Of a stretch of 64,000 bases of DNA, positions 30,315-40,452 are shown one piece after another (position 1 is the first letter of the stretch; the number at the start of each line of letters is the position of its first letter). Source of the stretch: Sedimentisphaerales bacterium (GTDB taxonomy: Bacteria > Planctomycetota > Phycisphaerae > Sedimentisphaerales > Anaerobacaceae); assembly GCA_963708075.1 (NCBI GenBank), contig OY970194.1, forward strand, positions 1,984,001 through 2,048,000. The letters run 5' to 3'. The translations under genes were made by a program, and so were the position numbers. Below the pieces are notes generated by a model. It was not told the origin of the DNA. It saw only the letters and a program-made list of their open reading frames with translations, and made no database searches.

Positions 30315-32351
30315 ATGTCAGGGGCGAGCCATTCCCGCATCTTGCGGACAATTCCTGTCCTGATCGCAGCCTGCCTTTTCGCCTTCCCCGGGTACGCCAA
30401 ATACAGCGGCGGCACAGGAGAGCCGAACGACCCGTACCAGATCGCCACGGCCGCCGATCTGATCGCCCTCAGCGAGGATCCCAACGATTACGATAGGCAC
30501 TTCATCTTGACCGCCGACATCGACCTGTCGGCCTTTGACGGCAAGGACGGCCGGCCCGCGTTCCATATCATTGCTCCAGACATAGACTCGGACAAATACT
30601 ACTACCAGGGCATCGCTTTCGCCGGTGCCTTTGATGGCGGCGGGCACAAGCTCTCGCATCTCACGATCACGGGCAGCAGTTACCTCGGCTTGTTCGGCGA
30701 ATTGGCCTCCACGGCGGTGGTCCACGACCTATGGCTCGAGGACGTGAACGTGACCGGCTCGGGCGATTCCATTGCCGCGCTGGCGGCGGAGAGTCGAGGC
30801 GCGATCACCCGCTGCTACAGCACCGGCGTGGTCAACGCCACGGGCAAGGCCCAGGAGCGAGCCTACAACGTCGGTGGGCTCATCGCCTCGAACTTCGGCG
30901 ATGTGACGTTCTGCCACAGCACCGCCGCGGTCACTGGCGGAACCTATGTCGGTGGATTCGTGGGCAGCAATTGGGGAACCATCACCCGATGTTACAGCAC
31001 CGGTCCCATCCGTGGGGGCGGATCCGTGGGCGGGTTGGTTGGGGAGAACCTGAGCATTGTGGACCGCTGCTACGCCTGGGGAGCCATCATCGGGGAGTCC
31101 TATGTTGGCGGCCTGGTCGGGGAGAACTACCAGGGTTTTGTCACGGACTGCTTCAGCTCCGGGGAGGTCAGCGGCAACTGGTCCGTCGGCGGTCTGGTCG
31201 GACAGAACGGCGCTCTGACGGAGGCGGGCAAGCAGGCGACCGTGACGCGAGGCTACAGCGGTGGGCCAGTCAAGGGGCAGAGCTACGTCGGCGGATTGGT
31301 GGGGCAGAACTTCGCTGCCGTCACCGGCTCTTTCTGGGACAGCCAGACTTCGGGGCAGACCACCAGTGCCGCCGGCACCGGCGAGACCACCGCTGATATG
31401 CAGACCGCAAAAATGTTCCTCGATGCCGGGTGGGACCTCGTGGGCGAAACGATCAACGGAACGCAGAACATCTGGTGGATCAACGAAGGGAAGGAATATC
31501 CCCGGCTCAGTTGGCAAGGGATCGCAGGCATTGTCTTTATGGACATCCCGGCCGGGACGTTCCAGATGGGAGACCATGATGGTGTGGGAGCTGACAATGA
31601 GAGGCCCGTGCACATGGTCACGCTGGACGGCTTCCAGATGAGCAAGTATGAGACAACCAACGCCCAGTACGCGGAGTACCTCAATGCGGCGATGACCGGC
31701 GGTCTGATTCAAGTCGTCAACGGCGTGGTGTATGCGTCCTCGGACGTCAACCTGGCCGAGCCGTATTGCGACACCTGCACTTCCAGTCCATACAGCCAGA
31801 TCGAGTACGGCCGGGGCCGGTTCGCGGTCCGCAGCAGAGACGGCAAGCCCATGTCCGACCATCCGATGGCCAGGCTGAGCTGGTACGGAGCCAAAGCGTT
31901 CTGTGACTACTACGGGTGCCGCCTGCCCACAGAGGCCGAGTGGGAATACGCGGCCCACGGGGGGTATCATAACCCCTACTACCGGTTTCCCTGGGGCAGC
32001 AATACGATCGACTGCACCAAGGCGAACTGCAAGACCGACAGCGTCTTCTGCAATCCCTTGAACCTGACGAGCTGGCCCTATACCTCTCCGGTAGGCTACT
32101 ACGGTCCGCAGGGGGCGTATGGCCTGTGTGACATGACCGGCAACCTCTGGGAGTGGTGTCAGGATTGGTACGATGCCGGATACTACGGTGTCAGCCCTGC
32201 AAACAATCCGACCGGGCCCACGACAGGCACGTATCGCGTTCTGCGCGGCGGCGCCTGGGACGTCGACGGCAAGAGCTGCGATATCGTGGGGCGCTGCGTG
32301 GGCGACCCGCTCGTCCGCGGCCATGTCACCGGCTTTCGGGTATGCCGTTGA
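30315..32351 (+). CDS. Secreted GLUG-motif repeat protein with C-terminal FGE-sulfatase (SUMF1/C-type-lectin fold) domain
   Basis: YSGGTGEPNDPYQIATAADL start; repeated VGGLVG.N (GLUG); F.MGD, ETTNAQY, RLPTEAEWEYAA, GNLWEW, RGGAW, GFR; GGAGG SD. Confidence 0.88.
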   Translation: MSGASHSRILRTIPVLIAACLFAFPGYAKYSGGTGEPNDPYQIATAADLIALSEDPNDYDRHFILTADIDLSAFDGKDGRPAFHIIAPDIDSDKYYYQGIAFAGAFDGGGHKLSHLTITGSSYLGLFGELASTAVVHDLWLEDVNVTGSGDSIAALAAESRGAITRCYSTGVVNATGKAQERAYNVGGLIASNFGDVTFCHSTAAVTGGTYVGGFVGSNWGTITRCYSTGPIRGGGSVGGLVGENLSIVDRCYAWGAIIGESYVGGLVGENYQGFVTDCFSSGEVSGNWSVGGLVGQNGALTEAGKQATVTRGYSGGPVKGQSYVGGLVGQNFAAVTGSFWDSQTSGQTTSAAGTGETTADMQTAKMFLDAGWDLVGETINGTQNIWWINEGKEYPRLSWQGIAGIVFMDIPAGTFQMGDHDGVGADNERPVHMVTLDGFQMSKYETTNAQYAEYLNAAMTGGLIQVVNGVVYASSDVNLAEPYCDTCTSSPYSQIEYGRGRFAVRSRDGKPMSDHPMARLSWYGAKAFCDYYGCRLPTEAEWEYAAHGGYHNPYYRFPWGSNTIDCTKANCKTDSVFCNPLNLTSWPYTSPVGYYGPQGAYGLCDMTGNLWEWCQDWYDAGYYGVSPANNPTGPTTGTYRVLRGGAWDVDGKSCDIVGRCVGDPLVRGHVTGFRVCR

Positions 32352-32426
32352 GTTGTATCGCAGACGTACTTCGCCTGACGGACACCTGAAAGGTGAGACT
32401 CATCCTGGGTGATCCGCGCATGAAGA

Positions 32427-32456
32427 AAGGGCTGCGAGTGAATGCCCACAGCCCTT
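32427..32456 (-). terminator. Intrinsic terminator for the TPR gene (possibly bidirectional)
   Basis: On the minus strand GGGCTGTGGG/CTCGCAGCCC stem followed by TTTCTTC; lies between convergent genes. Confidence 0.6.
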
Positions 32457-32514
32457 GCAACGACAATCCTTCGCGACAGGGTTCAAATGCCCGGGATAGC
32501 TCCACGAGCCTGCG

Positions 32515-35500
32515 TTACGGAACGGTCGCGGGGGCCTTGCCTTGAAGCATGTTCGATATCTCCGACCGTTCGCCGGGGGTGAAGACGTTAGTTTCCTTGT
32601 CGATCTTCAGGGCCTCGTCGAGATACCGCTTCGCCGCTGCCGAGTCGTTGAGCTTGACGCAGATGCGGCCCAGTTGCAGCAGGGGCTTTGCCCGCTGGCG
32701 AGGATCAGCCGAGGGCAGGCCGACGAGTGTCTCGAAGTCGGTCCGGGCGTCAGCCAGCCGGTCCGGCACGTTCGACAGGATGGTGCCCCGTGTATCCAGA
32801 AGATTCCTGTCATTGGGCGCCAGGCGTAAACCTCGATCCGCCAGCTCCAGCGCCTCGGCGTACTGCTGATCGTGTTCCTGAAGAATCCAGGCAAGGTCGT
32901 TGATCGCTCGTATTTCATTCGGGTACCGCTCCAACAACTGGCGATAGACCTTCTGCGCCCTTTCCGCATCTCCCGTCTGGTACAGGCTGGAAGCCAGCCC
33001 GAGGTGTACATCCGGTGACGTGGGTGCAAGCGTGGCCGCGTGCTCGAACAATTTCACGGCCTGTTGTTGGAGGTCTTTCCTGCCGAGCGACAACAGTGTC
33101 GATGCGGCTTTTAGAAGCGTCGCCGGATCCTGCTGTCTGGCCGAGAGATACGCAGAACTGATGTTCGCAAGCTCGTCGAGACGCTTCTGAGACACCAGCC
33201 ACAGGAACCGGGCGTGGACCACGGTCAGATTGCCCCGATCCAGCCGCTCCGCCTGCTCGATCCATTCTCTCGCTCGCTCGGCATCGCCGGCCAGCCGATG
33301 CATGTCGGCGAGCGTCACAAGGGCCCTGACACTGCCGCTGCCTTCCTTCGTTCGGCAATACGCATCCAGAGAGGCAATGGCCATCTGGGGCAATTCGAGG
33401 GCGGCCAGCACGTGCGAACGCTGGATGAGCAGCTCTTCGTTGGCCGGCTCGCGACCCAGCGCGGAGTCAACGAGCGTGCGCGCCTGCTCCAGCACGCTGC
33501 GGTCCCGGCCGATCAACGCACCATCTACGATCACGTTCACAGCTTCCATGTTGCGAGGGTCCTGCGCAAGGGCCTCACTCGCCAATTTCACCGCCATGGG
33601 AATGTACCCAAGGGCAAGCTCCGCTCTGGCCCTGGCCGACAGCAGCGCCGGGTTGTTCGGATTGGAGGCCAATGCCTGCACCGCGAAGTCGCAGGCCGCC
33701 TTGAGTTCTCCCTGTCGCATGGCGATGGCAATGAGCGCAAGGTGAGCATTGACCGCTGCCGGCTCCAGCCGCAGGGCACTCTCCAGTTTCTCTCGAATCG
33801 TCCCCAACGACTGCGGGGCCGGCTCTTTCAGTATCTGCGCCGCACGAACCGCGAGCAGTTCCGTATCCTGCGGCAGTCGTTCTTCCAGTGCCGTAAGGAT
33901 TCCCAGCGCCCTTTCCCGGTCCTGGGCGGTGGCCCGCAGGAATAGCATTTGCATGAGCTTTCGCTTTAGCCGCAGGTCATCAGGATACGCCTTCAAGCCT
34001 TCCTCCATGGCCGTGACGGCCTGGTCCGGCCGCCCGGTACCGCCATAGAAATTGCCCAGCAACTCGTACCCGGCCGGACCGTAGCCGCGAAACGTGGGCA
34101 GCGTTTTGTAGTCTTTCTCCGCACGTGCGAGGTCGCCTTCCTCTGTGAAATGCGTCGCCCGCATCCAGTGGGCATCGAAGTCATTATGATCCTTCACGTA
34201 GTCATCCAGGACGCGCAAGGCTTCCTCTGCCTTGCCTTCCCCTCTCAGGATGGATGCTTTCACCGCCGCCAGCATCCGGGAGTTCGGGTCGATGGCCTCT
34301 GCGTTCTTCAGATATCCAAGGGCCTGGCCGGCGTCCTTTGTTTCCTGGTACACCAGTCGCGCCAACTGGATTCGTGACCCCGCATCCTTGTTGTTGTTGG
34401 AAGCCTGGAGCTTCAACTCGTCGATGGCTCGCGAGTAGTCCCTCGCACCCAGGGCCATTCGGACTTGCCAGGCGCTGGCCAGGCGAGGATTGATCTGCAC
34501 CTGTTTGAGGACGCCTTCGGCATCCGCGAAGCGGCCTTGTCTTTCCAGAAGGGCCAGCAGCTTTTCGGCGATGTCCGCGGCGGAAGGATTCCCGAGCAAC
34601 CCCTTGCGGCACGTATCCTCAACTTTTTTGAAGTCCCCCTGTCTCTCGTACATTCCCGCCAGGACCAGCACGGGCGCCGACCACGCCGGGTCCGCATCGA
34701 TACACTGCTGAAGCAGGTTCGTGATGTCCTGCTGCTTGGCAGACCATGAAGCAGACGCCAGCCAAGACCTCGCCTGGTGAATGCGCCACCAGAGCCCGCT
34801 TTCCCCCTCCGCCTGGCGCAACTCACCGATCAATGCCGCAGTGGCCGCCGGGTCCGCCTGGATCTCGCGGATTCCCAGAAGCAGAGACCGGGCCTGGATT
34901 TCCTGCTTGTCCTGCGACGCCAGTTCCCTCAATAGACCGATCCCCGCCGCACGGTCCCCGTGAACGATCTCCAGCACGGCAAGCCGGATCGACACGGACC
35001 GCTTCTCCGGCCGTCCGGTGATCGTGTTCAGTCCCGACTTGAGGCAACCGCGGGCGGAATCATAATCCGCGTTGGCCACGTGGAGGTCCGACAGGACCAT
35101 CCAGGGCACGGCGGACTCGGCGTGGCGTTTACAGGCCGCCTCGCAGACGCGGATCGCGTCCGCCAGACGTTTCGTCTGGCGATAGTAGCCCGCCAACTGG
35201 ACCTCGGCCCGCAGCGGGTCCTTGCACTCATCGATGGCCAGCTTCAACTGGCTTTCTGCTTCCTCGGGCCGCTCGAGATGAGAGGCCACGATCGCCTGCA
35301 GCATGCGGATATCCACCTGATCCGGATTCGCTCGACGCAAATCCGCCAGTTCCGCTGATATCTTCTGGAGCCCTTCCACGCGCGCCGCATCGCGCTGTGC
35401 CGCCGCCAGATTGATCGCGGCCCCGATGCGAAGCAGTCTAAGGGATAGATCGGTCGAGCCCAGGGATTCCGCCGCGCCGGCGGTGTCAATCGCTTTCTGC

Positions 35501-36969
35501 CAGTCGCCGAGCTTGGCGTACTGCCTTGCCAGCTCGCGCGTCGCCTGCTGGTCCTGCGGGTTCAACCGCTGGTACTGGACGAGGGCTTTCACCGCCCGTC
35601 CCGCCTGGCCCGTCCGATCGTAGGCTTCCGCCAGCAGCCGCCACAATCCTGGGGCGGAGGCGTCGTTACCCATCACCGGTTCCAAGGCCTCGATGACGGC
35701 GTAGGGCCTGTTCTCGGCCCCCGCCACGAGTGCCTGCAGCCCGGCAACTCTCCGCGGCGACTCGGCGGAGCCTTGCTGGGCACGCACAAGATTCAGATAC
35801 TCATCCAGAGACTGCCGTGCCTCAATGACCTTGCCGGCAGCCACGTACAGCGGGATCGCGGCCGGCAGGACCCGGGCCCTGTGGCCTTTATCCGTCAGCG
35901 ATTTGAGCGTCTCATCCGCCAGGGAGGCAGCCTCGGCGGTCGCGCCCTTGCGCGTTGCCAGTTCCGAGGCGAGGAGGAACCTCGCCACGGTCCAGTCACT
36001 GAGATCGAAGAAGTGCTTCTTCAATTCCTCCTGCGGCAGCTTGTCCACCGCCTGCAGTTCGGCGGCCGCCCGGTCCAATTCGCCATGGGCGATCCATTCC
36101 GCACCGAGGACAATGCGGATGCGGGGGTCTTCCGTGCCCTTTGCATCGGCGGACTCAAGGTCCTTGCGGGCCAGTGCCCGCATCGCCGGCTGATCCTGCT
36201 CGCTCGTGGCGGGCATCTCCGCCAACCGGCGCTGGAACTGCGCCCGGCTGACCAGCGCGACGGCAGAGTCCGGCGAATAGTTCACCGCCCTATTGAGCCA
36301 GTCCAGGGGCGTGGGCAGCGAAGTGCCTTCAGTGCCGGCAGGCGTCTGCGCCGGTGGCGAAGCCTCGCTGCTGACGAGCTGACTCATCTGCACGCAGGCG
36401 CGGACGTATTCGACGTATTTCTCGGGACGGGTTTCGAGTCCCCCGATGAAGCTCACAAGGACCTGTCGGGCCTCCGCCGTCTTATTCAACCGGCTCAGCG
36501 CCTCCGCCAGCCACAGCGGGGCCTGGCGATCATTCGGATCGTGCTCCAATCGTTCCCGGGCGATGCCGGCCAATTCGTCGAAATTCCCCACGCCGCCGTA
36601 GAGCATGGCGAGCTTCTCATAGGCGACATCATCATGAGGGACCAGCTCCAGGATCCGGCGATACGCCGAGATCGCCCCGCTCACCGCGGCGGCATCCAGT
36701 GGCCGGACGGACAGGCTGGCCTCCGCATATTTCCGCAGGACCTCGACGTCGTCTGTATTTCGACTGAGGTACTTGCGGTAGTTCTTGGCCGCCGTGGGCC
36801 AGTCCTGGCCTGCCCAGGCGGTCTCCCCCGCCGCCAGAGACTTCTCCGAGAGCATCCCCCTGTGGGTCTGGCGGGCCACCACCAGCGACACCCCGGCAGC
36901 CGCCGTGACCAGGATCAGGATGATCACCAGCTTGACGTTGACCTTCCCACATCGCTTCCTGTACAACAT
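32515..36969 (-). CDS. Giant membrane-anchored tetratricopeptide-repeat protein (PrsT-like, exosortase-system associated)
   Basis: N-terminal TM anchor, many TPR helices, C-terminal A.NDLAWIL...A..LA....P...DTRG typical of PEP-CTERM system TPR proteins; GGAGG SD before ATG 36969. Confidence 0.8.
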   Translation of the reverse strand: MLYRKRCGKVNVKLVIILILVTAAAGVSLVVARQTHRGMLSEKSLAAGETAWAGQDWPTAAKNYRKYLSRNTDDVEVLRKYAEASLSVRPLDAAAVSGAISAYRRILELVPHDDVAYEKLAMLYGGVGNFDELAGIARERLEHDPNDRQAPLWLAEALSRLNKTAEARQVLVSFIGGLETRPEKYVEYVRACVQMSQLVSSEASPPAQTPAGTEGTSLPTPLDWLNRAVNYSPDSAVALVSRAQFQRRLAEMPATSEQDQPAMRALARKDLESADAKGTEDPRIRIVLGAEWIAHGELDRAAAELQAVDKLPQEELKKHFFDLSDWTVARFLLASELATRKGATAEAASLADETLKSLTDKGHRARVLPAAIPLYVAAGKVIEARQSLDEYLNLVRAQQGSAESPRRVAGLQALVAGAENRPYAVIEALEPVMGNDASAPGLWRLLAEAYDRTGQAGRAVKALVQYQRLNPQDQQATRELARQYAKLGDWQKAIDTAGAAESLGSTDLSLRLLRIGAAINLAAAQRDAARVEGLQKISAELADLRRANPDQVDIRMLQAIVASHLERPEEAESQLKLAIDECKDPLRAEVQLAGYYRQTKRLADAIRVCEAACKRHAESAVPWMVLSDLHVANADYDSARGCLKSGLNTITGRPEKRSVSIRLAVLEIVHGDRAAGIGLLRELASQDKQEIQARSLLLGIREIQADPAATAALIGELRQAEGESGLWWRIHQARSWLASASWSAKQQDITNLLQQCIDADPAWSAPVLVLAGMYERQGDFKKVEDTCRKGLLGNPSAADIAEKLLALLERQGRFADAEGVLKQVQINPRLASAWQVRMALGARDYSRAIDELKLQASNNNKDAGSRIQLARLVYQETKDAGQALGYLKNAEAIDPNSRMLAAVKASILRGEGKAEEALRVLDDYVKDHNDFDAHWMRATHFTEEGDLARAEKDYKTLPTFRGYGPAGYELLGNFYGGTGRPDQAVTAMEEGLKAYPDDLRLKRKLMQMLFLRATAQDRERALGILTALEERLPQDTELLAVRAAQILKEPAPQSLGTIREKLESALRLEPAAVNAHLALIAIAMRQGELKAACDFAVQALASNPNNPALLSARARAELALGYIPMAVKLASEALAQDPRNMEAVNVIVDGALIGRDRSVLEQARTLVDSALGREPANEELLIQRSHVLAALELPQMAIASLDAYCRTKEGSGSVRALVTLADMHRLAGDAERAREWIEQAERLDRGNLTVVHARFLWLVSQKRLDELANISSAYLSARQQDPATLLKAASTLLSLGRKDLQQQAVKLFEHAATLAPTSPDVHLGLASSLYQTGDAERAQKVYRQLLERYPNEIRAINDLAWILQEHDQQYAEALELADRGLRLAPNDRNLLDTRGTILSNVPDRLADARTDFETLVGLPSADPRQRAKPLLQLGRICVKLNDSAAAKRYLDEALKIDKETNVFTPGERSEISNMLQGKAPATVP

Positions 36970-37229
36970 TACGCTGTTCCTCCAAATACCCCATCTGCCA
37001 TCTGTTGACGCGCAATGCCACGCGCCCCGGATCGCTGCGCATAACGACATGTGATTGCACCGATCAAGCATCAGTCGCCACCAAATCCAGGAGGTTCGAA
37101 TCCGTTTTGCGAATAGTGTAAGATAGCAGACGGCAAACCGTCAACTCTATTATGAACGCATGGGGTGTGCGGGAATACTCGCTTCCGGATCGCTTCTTTC
37201 GCTCAATCCCCCTGCCGTGAGAATACAAG

Positions 37230-37269
37230 CATGCCGGTGAAGCCCAAGCCGAAGAACTTCACCGGCATG
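37230..37269 (-). terminator. Strong hairpin closing the CTERM gene array
   Basis: Perfect 13-bp inverted repeat CATGCCGGTGAAG / CTTCACCGGCATG with a 14-nt loop, just after the last cargo stop. Confidence 0.65.
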
Positions 37270-37312
37270 TTTTGCGTGATTATCATTCACGTGAGAACCG
37301 ACCACGAGGCTC

Positions 37313-37872
37313 TCACGCAAACCTGCGAAGCTTCCAACCAGCCACCACGAAACCGAGGGCACCAAGCAGTACAGCAGCCGGGAGCGGAACGAACGAGAGA
37401 CCGACAGGGCCGCCATTGCGCGCAGCAAGGCCGAGTTGTCCACTATGGACCAGTTGCTCCCGTTCCAAGTTGCCGTTTCCCAGCCGCTCGCCTCGTAGGC
37501 ACCGCCCTTCCAGTCCCACGTTGTGAGTTCGAACGCAACCACGTCCGTAATGAGCCCCTCGAAATTGAGATGGAAGTCCAGTACGTCGATGTTCTCCGCG
37601 GTGGCAGCGACTGACCCCTCATCACTGCTCTCAATCGTCATGGAGGGGCTTAGATTCGTCAATCCCGGCACCTCCAGAAATCCAGCAGTCATTACGATCT
37701 TCAACCCGTCGAAATTCGCTGCTTCGCCACCCCCGATCTTTGTATCCGTGAGGCTGAATGCCTGATACCAGGAGTTTGATGTGGTCGCTTCCCCCACAGC
37801 CACGAGGTCAGCGACTACTGGGGCCGTTCCAATGACCAGCACAACCAGCACTGAGAGTCCTAGCTTCTTCAT
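37313..37872 (-). CDS. Variant PEP-CTERM (VPLPA-type) sorted surface protein 8, frameshifted near 37397-37424
   Basis: Signal peptide MKKLGLSVLVVLV; sorting tail FVPLPAAVLLGALGFVVAGWKLRRFA lies in another frame (37313-37519); the as-assembled ORF runs to 37150. Confidence 0.8.
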
Positions 37873-38010
37873 ATTTCTCCTTCCATGCCCTATTTGCTGA
37901 GTGTTTCCTTCGTTCTACATCCAGAGTCTTAGCCGCTGATTACCTCCTCCACAACAGATGACGGCGGCCAATGCCTTTCGCAACGATCAGTCACTCGTCA
38001 CCAGAGACAG

Positions 38011-38632
38011 TCACACGAACTTACGCAACTTCAGCCCTGCCGCCAGACCGGCCATAACCAGCATGAACGCCCCGGGCACGGGCACTCGCGGCACCCCGGG
38101 CTGAGTCACCACGGAAACGTTGAACGTGTCCGTGAGACTCGGCGGATCGGCCAAGCCGGTGTTCAGGCGAAGATCGAAGCCGATCTGCGCCAAATCCGCT
38201 GAAGCGAAATTCAACTCCAGCCATGCGGATTGACCAGCCGCGATCACCACCCAGTCAGACGTCAGCTCATTGGCGAACAGGCGAAGCTCCCACGCGCTCT
38301 GGTCGTCGTTTCCCGCGAACACGCGGAAGCCGTCGTAATCCCCGAAGCTGTCTTCCAAGCCGATTCTCATCCAACTCTGATCGCCGCTGAGAACCGCCTA
38401 CAAAACCAACCATCCCCGGCATAATTGCTGGATATTCGACGGCCGGCAGCCAGGGATTCTGATAGACCCATGTGGTGCCATCGAAGACACCCATCAACAG
38501 CCCGGAACTACCGGGGGCCGGGATCTGGCGAAACTCCAGCGCCGTGGCAGAGTCGAGGGTAAACGGACCCGCCGACACCTGCCCGGCCAGTAAACAAACC
38601 ATCACAAATGACAATAGTGAGGCGCGTTTCAT
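38011..38632 (-). CDS. Variant PEP-CTERM surface protein 7, frameshifted at 38389-38395; paralog of 40453-41061
   Basis: Signal peptide; tail VPVPGAFMLVMAGLAAGLKLRKFV; a one-base deletion gives VGGLSGDQSWMRIG, matching paralog VGSLSGNSSWMRIG. Confidence 0.85.
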
Positions 38633-38685
38633 TCCTCCTCCTTCTTTCCATCCCTCGGAAGATCGCGCCCATCCGTGACTCTCTC

Positions 38686-39214
38686 TTATGCGAATTTTCG
38701 CAACTTCAAACCTGCTACCCCGATCCCGAGCGCGCCCAGAAGCGCAGCCGCAGGAACCGGCACAGCATAGATCTTCACAGTCAGAAAGCCCGAGTTGTTG
38801 CCGGGGGCAATATCATAGATGTTGAACGAGAACCGGAGCACCAGTGCCCAGCCAGAGCAGGTTGTAGACATGATCTGGGTTGAAGGTGTCTCCCCAGTTG
38901 ACAAATCCACTGTTGACCTGTAGATCCAGCAGGTTCTCGCCGTAGCTCATGTACCGCTCAACGCCGTTCAGCCAGGCATAGCTGGTCGGACCTGAGGCAT
39001 ACTCGGCATCGGCGTAAATACCATCGTTTGCGTAATACGTGCCGCTCGCCTCGAACCGATACAACTGGCCCACATCGAGAGCTATGGACGTGGCAGTCTC
39101 ACCAGTGCCGAGAACGGTCAACGTGTCAAAAGGCACCAAATCCGCCCTCGCAGGCACAGCACCCAGGCACAAGGCCGCGATACAGACAACCAACAAGAAT
39201 CTCTTCATGGACAT
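38686..39214 (-). CDS. Variant PEP-CTERM surface protein 6, frameshifted at 38828-38834
   Basis: Signal MSMKRFLLVVC..ARA; tail VPVPAAALLGALGIGVAGLKLRKFA; a one-base deletion gives APVSFNIYD. Confidence 0.85.
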
Positions 39215-39347
39215 CGTTTCTCTCCCCTTCCTTAGAAAATGGTAGAATGGCACATCCAGTGCTCGATCAGACCCGATTCTCATCTTCTCAACTGCTCACA
39301 TACTCAACGTGCAGCCGGTGGCGTGAAGCTTCCCACCGATGCCGTAC

Positions 39348-40307
39348 TCACACAAACTTCCGCAACTTCAAACCGGCCACACCCATACCGAGCATACCCA
39401 GCAGAACGGCGGCCGGAAGCGGCACAACTGCACCACCGGCAAGTTCCAGGACCGTGACGCCCCACATACTCATGTTAGCATACGATCCTCCCCAGGTCAT
39501 GCTGTGCAGCCCCGAACTCCAGGTGTCACTAAGAATAACCGTGTTCGACCCATCATAGCCATAGCCAAACATGGAGTGACCCTCCACGTGGATCATCACC
39601 ACCCGGCCTGCATCGATTTCAGCCTTGTAATCGTCGAAAGTGAATCCGCTCGAGGCTACATTGTTCGTCACTTGCGTGTAGATGTCCGCCACTTCGTACC
39701 CGGCGTACTCGACATACTCCTTCACGCCGTACATGCCATCGTTGCCCTGAAGGCCGAAGTATTCAAGAATACCAGGGGTAACCGAAGTGCCGCTGTCGTA
39801 GGCGTAGAACGTGGTGGCTCCATTCACATTGCCTATGCTGTCCTGACTGGTCCCCATGAAGTCGGCCAGACAGTTATAATTGTGAGTTGGAGTAAGGTCG
39901 TCGCCGGAGGCTCCGTAGCCGAAGCCGATACCACCACCGGTGTTATATGCATAAGGATGGCCGGGACCGGCACTGTAGAAATCATACTGGTGCCCGGTAC
40001 TGGCAATCGCTTGATTGACGAGGGCACCCGAATTGCCAAAGGTGCTTGCCTCCGCGACGCCTCCCGGGACAAGGTTGGAATACCCAAGTCCCTCATAGCC
40101 GTTGCGGTCGTAGAACCCCATCATCATCCCGGCAGAGGTTGCCGAGCACCCATACCACCAGTTGTAGCCCGGATTAGGTTCGGGACCGGCCAGAGTGCCG
40201 CCCTGGACGTAATAGGACAGTTCTTCCATGTCCGCCCGCGCCGCTGCAGCGATCAGGCACAAAACCGCCAAACAGAGAACCCGCAACCAGTGTCTTTTCA
40301 TCGCCAT
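39348..40307 (-). CDS. Variant PEP-CTERM surface protein 5 with papain-like cysteine peptidase (C39/C10-like) domain
   Basis: WWYGCSATSAGMMMGFYD (Cys) and GHSMFGYGY..DTW (His/Asp); tail VPLPAAVLLGMLGMGVAGLKLRKFV. Confidence 0.8.
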   Translation of the reverse strand: MAMKRHWLRVLCLAVLCLIAAAARADMEELSYYVQGGTLAGPEPNPGYNWWYGCSATSAGMMMGFYDRNGYEGLGYSNLVPGGVAEASTFGNSGALVNQAIASTGHQYDFYSAGPGHPYAYNTGGGIGFGYGASGDDLTPTHNYNCLADFMGTSQDSIGNVNGATTFYAYDSGTSVTPGILEYFGLQGNDGMYGVKEYVEYAGYEVADIYTQVTNNVASSGFTFDDYKAEIDAGRVVMIHVEGHSMFGYGYDGSNTVILSDTWSSGLHSMTWGGSYANMSMWGVTVLELAGGAVVPLPAAVLLGMLGMGVAGLKLRKFV

Positions 40308-40452
40308 TCCATCCTTTCTCCCAATCTGATCTTCCATAAGCACCCATCCATCAGGCGATCAGGTGGCCGCTGCCGTCACAGCGCCATCGACCGACACCCC
40401 AAACACCCGGGGCCTTTCCAACTACTCCTTCTGCAGCGACCCGATCTGCCTC

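Noticed and set aside
30729..32324. Long antisense ORFs (also 26387-27952, 23221-24432, 35773-37008, 39339-40547, 11748-12881)
   Set aside because: These are shadow ORFs opposite well-supported genes in GC-rich DNA, with no recognisable motifs.
37093..37103. GGTTCGAATCC tRNA T-loop-like motif
   Set aside because: The T-stem does not extend to 5 bp, and no D-arm, anticodon arm or acceptor stem can be built.
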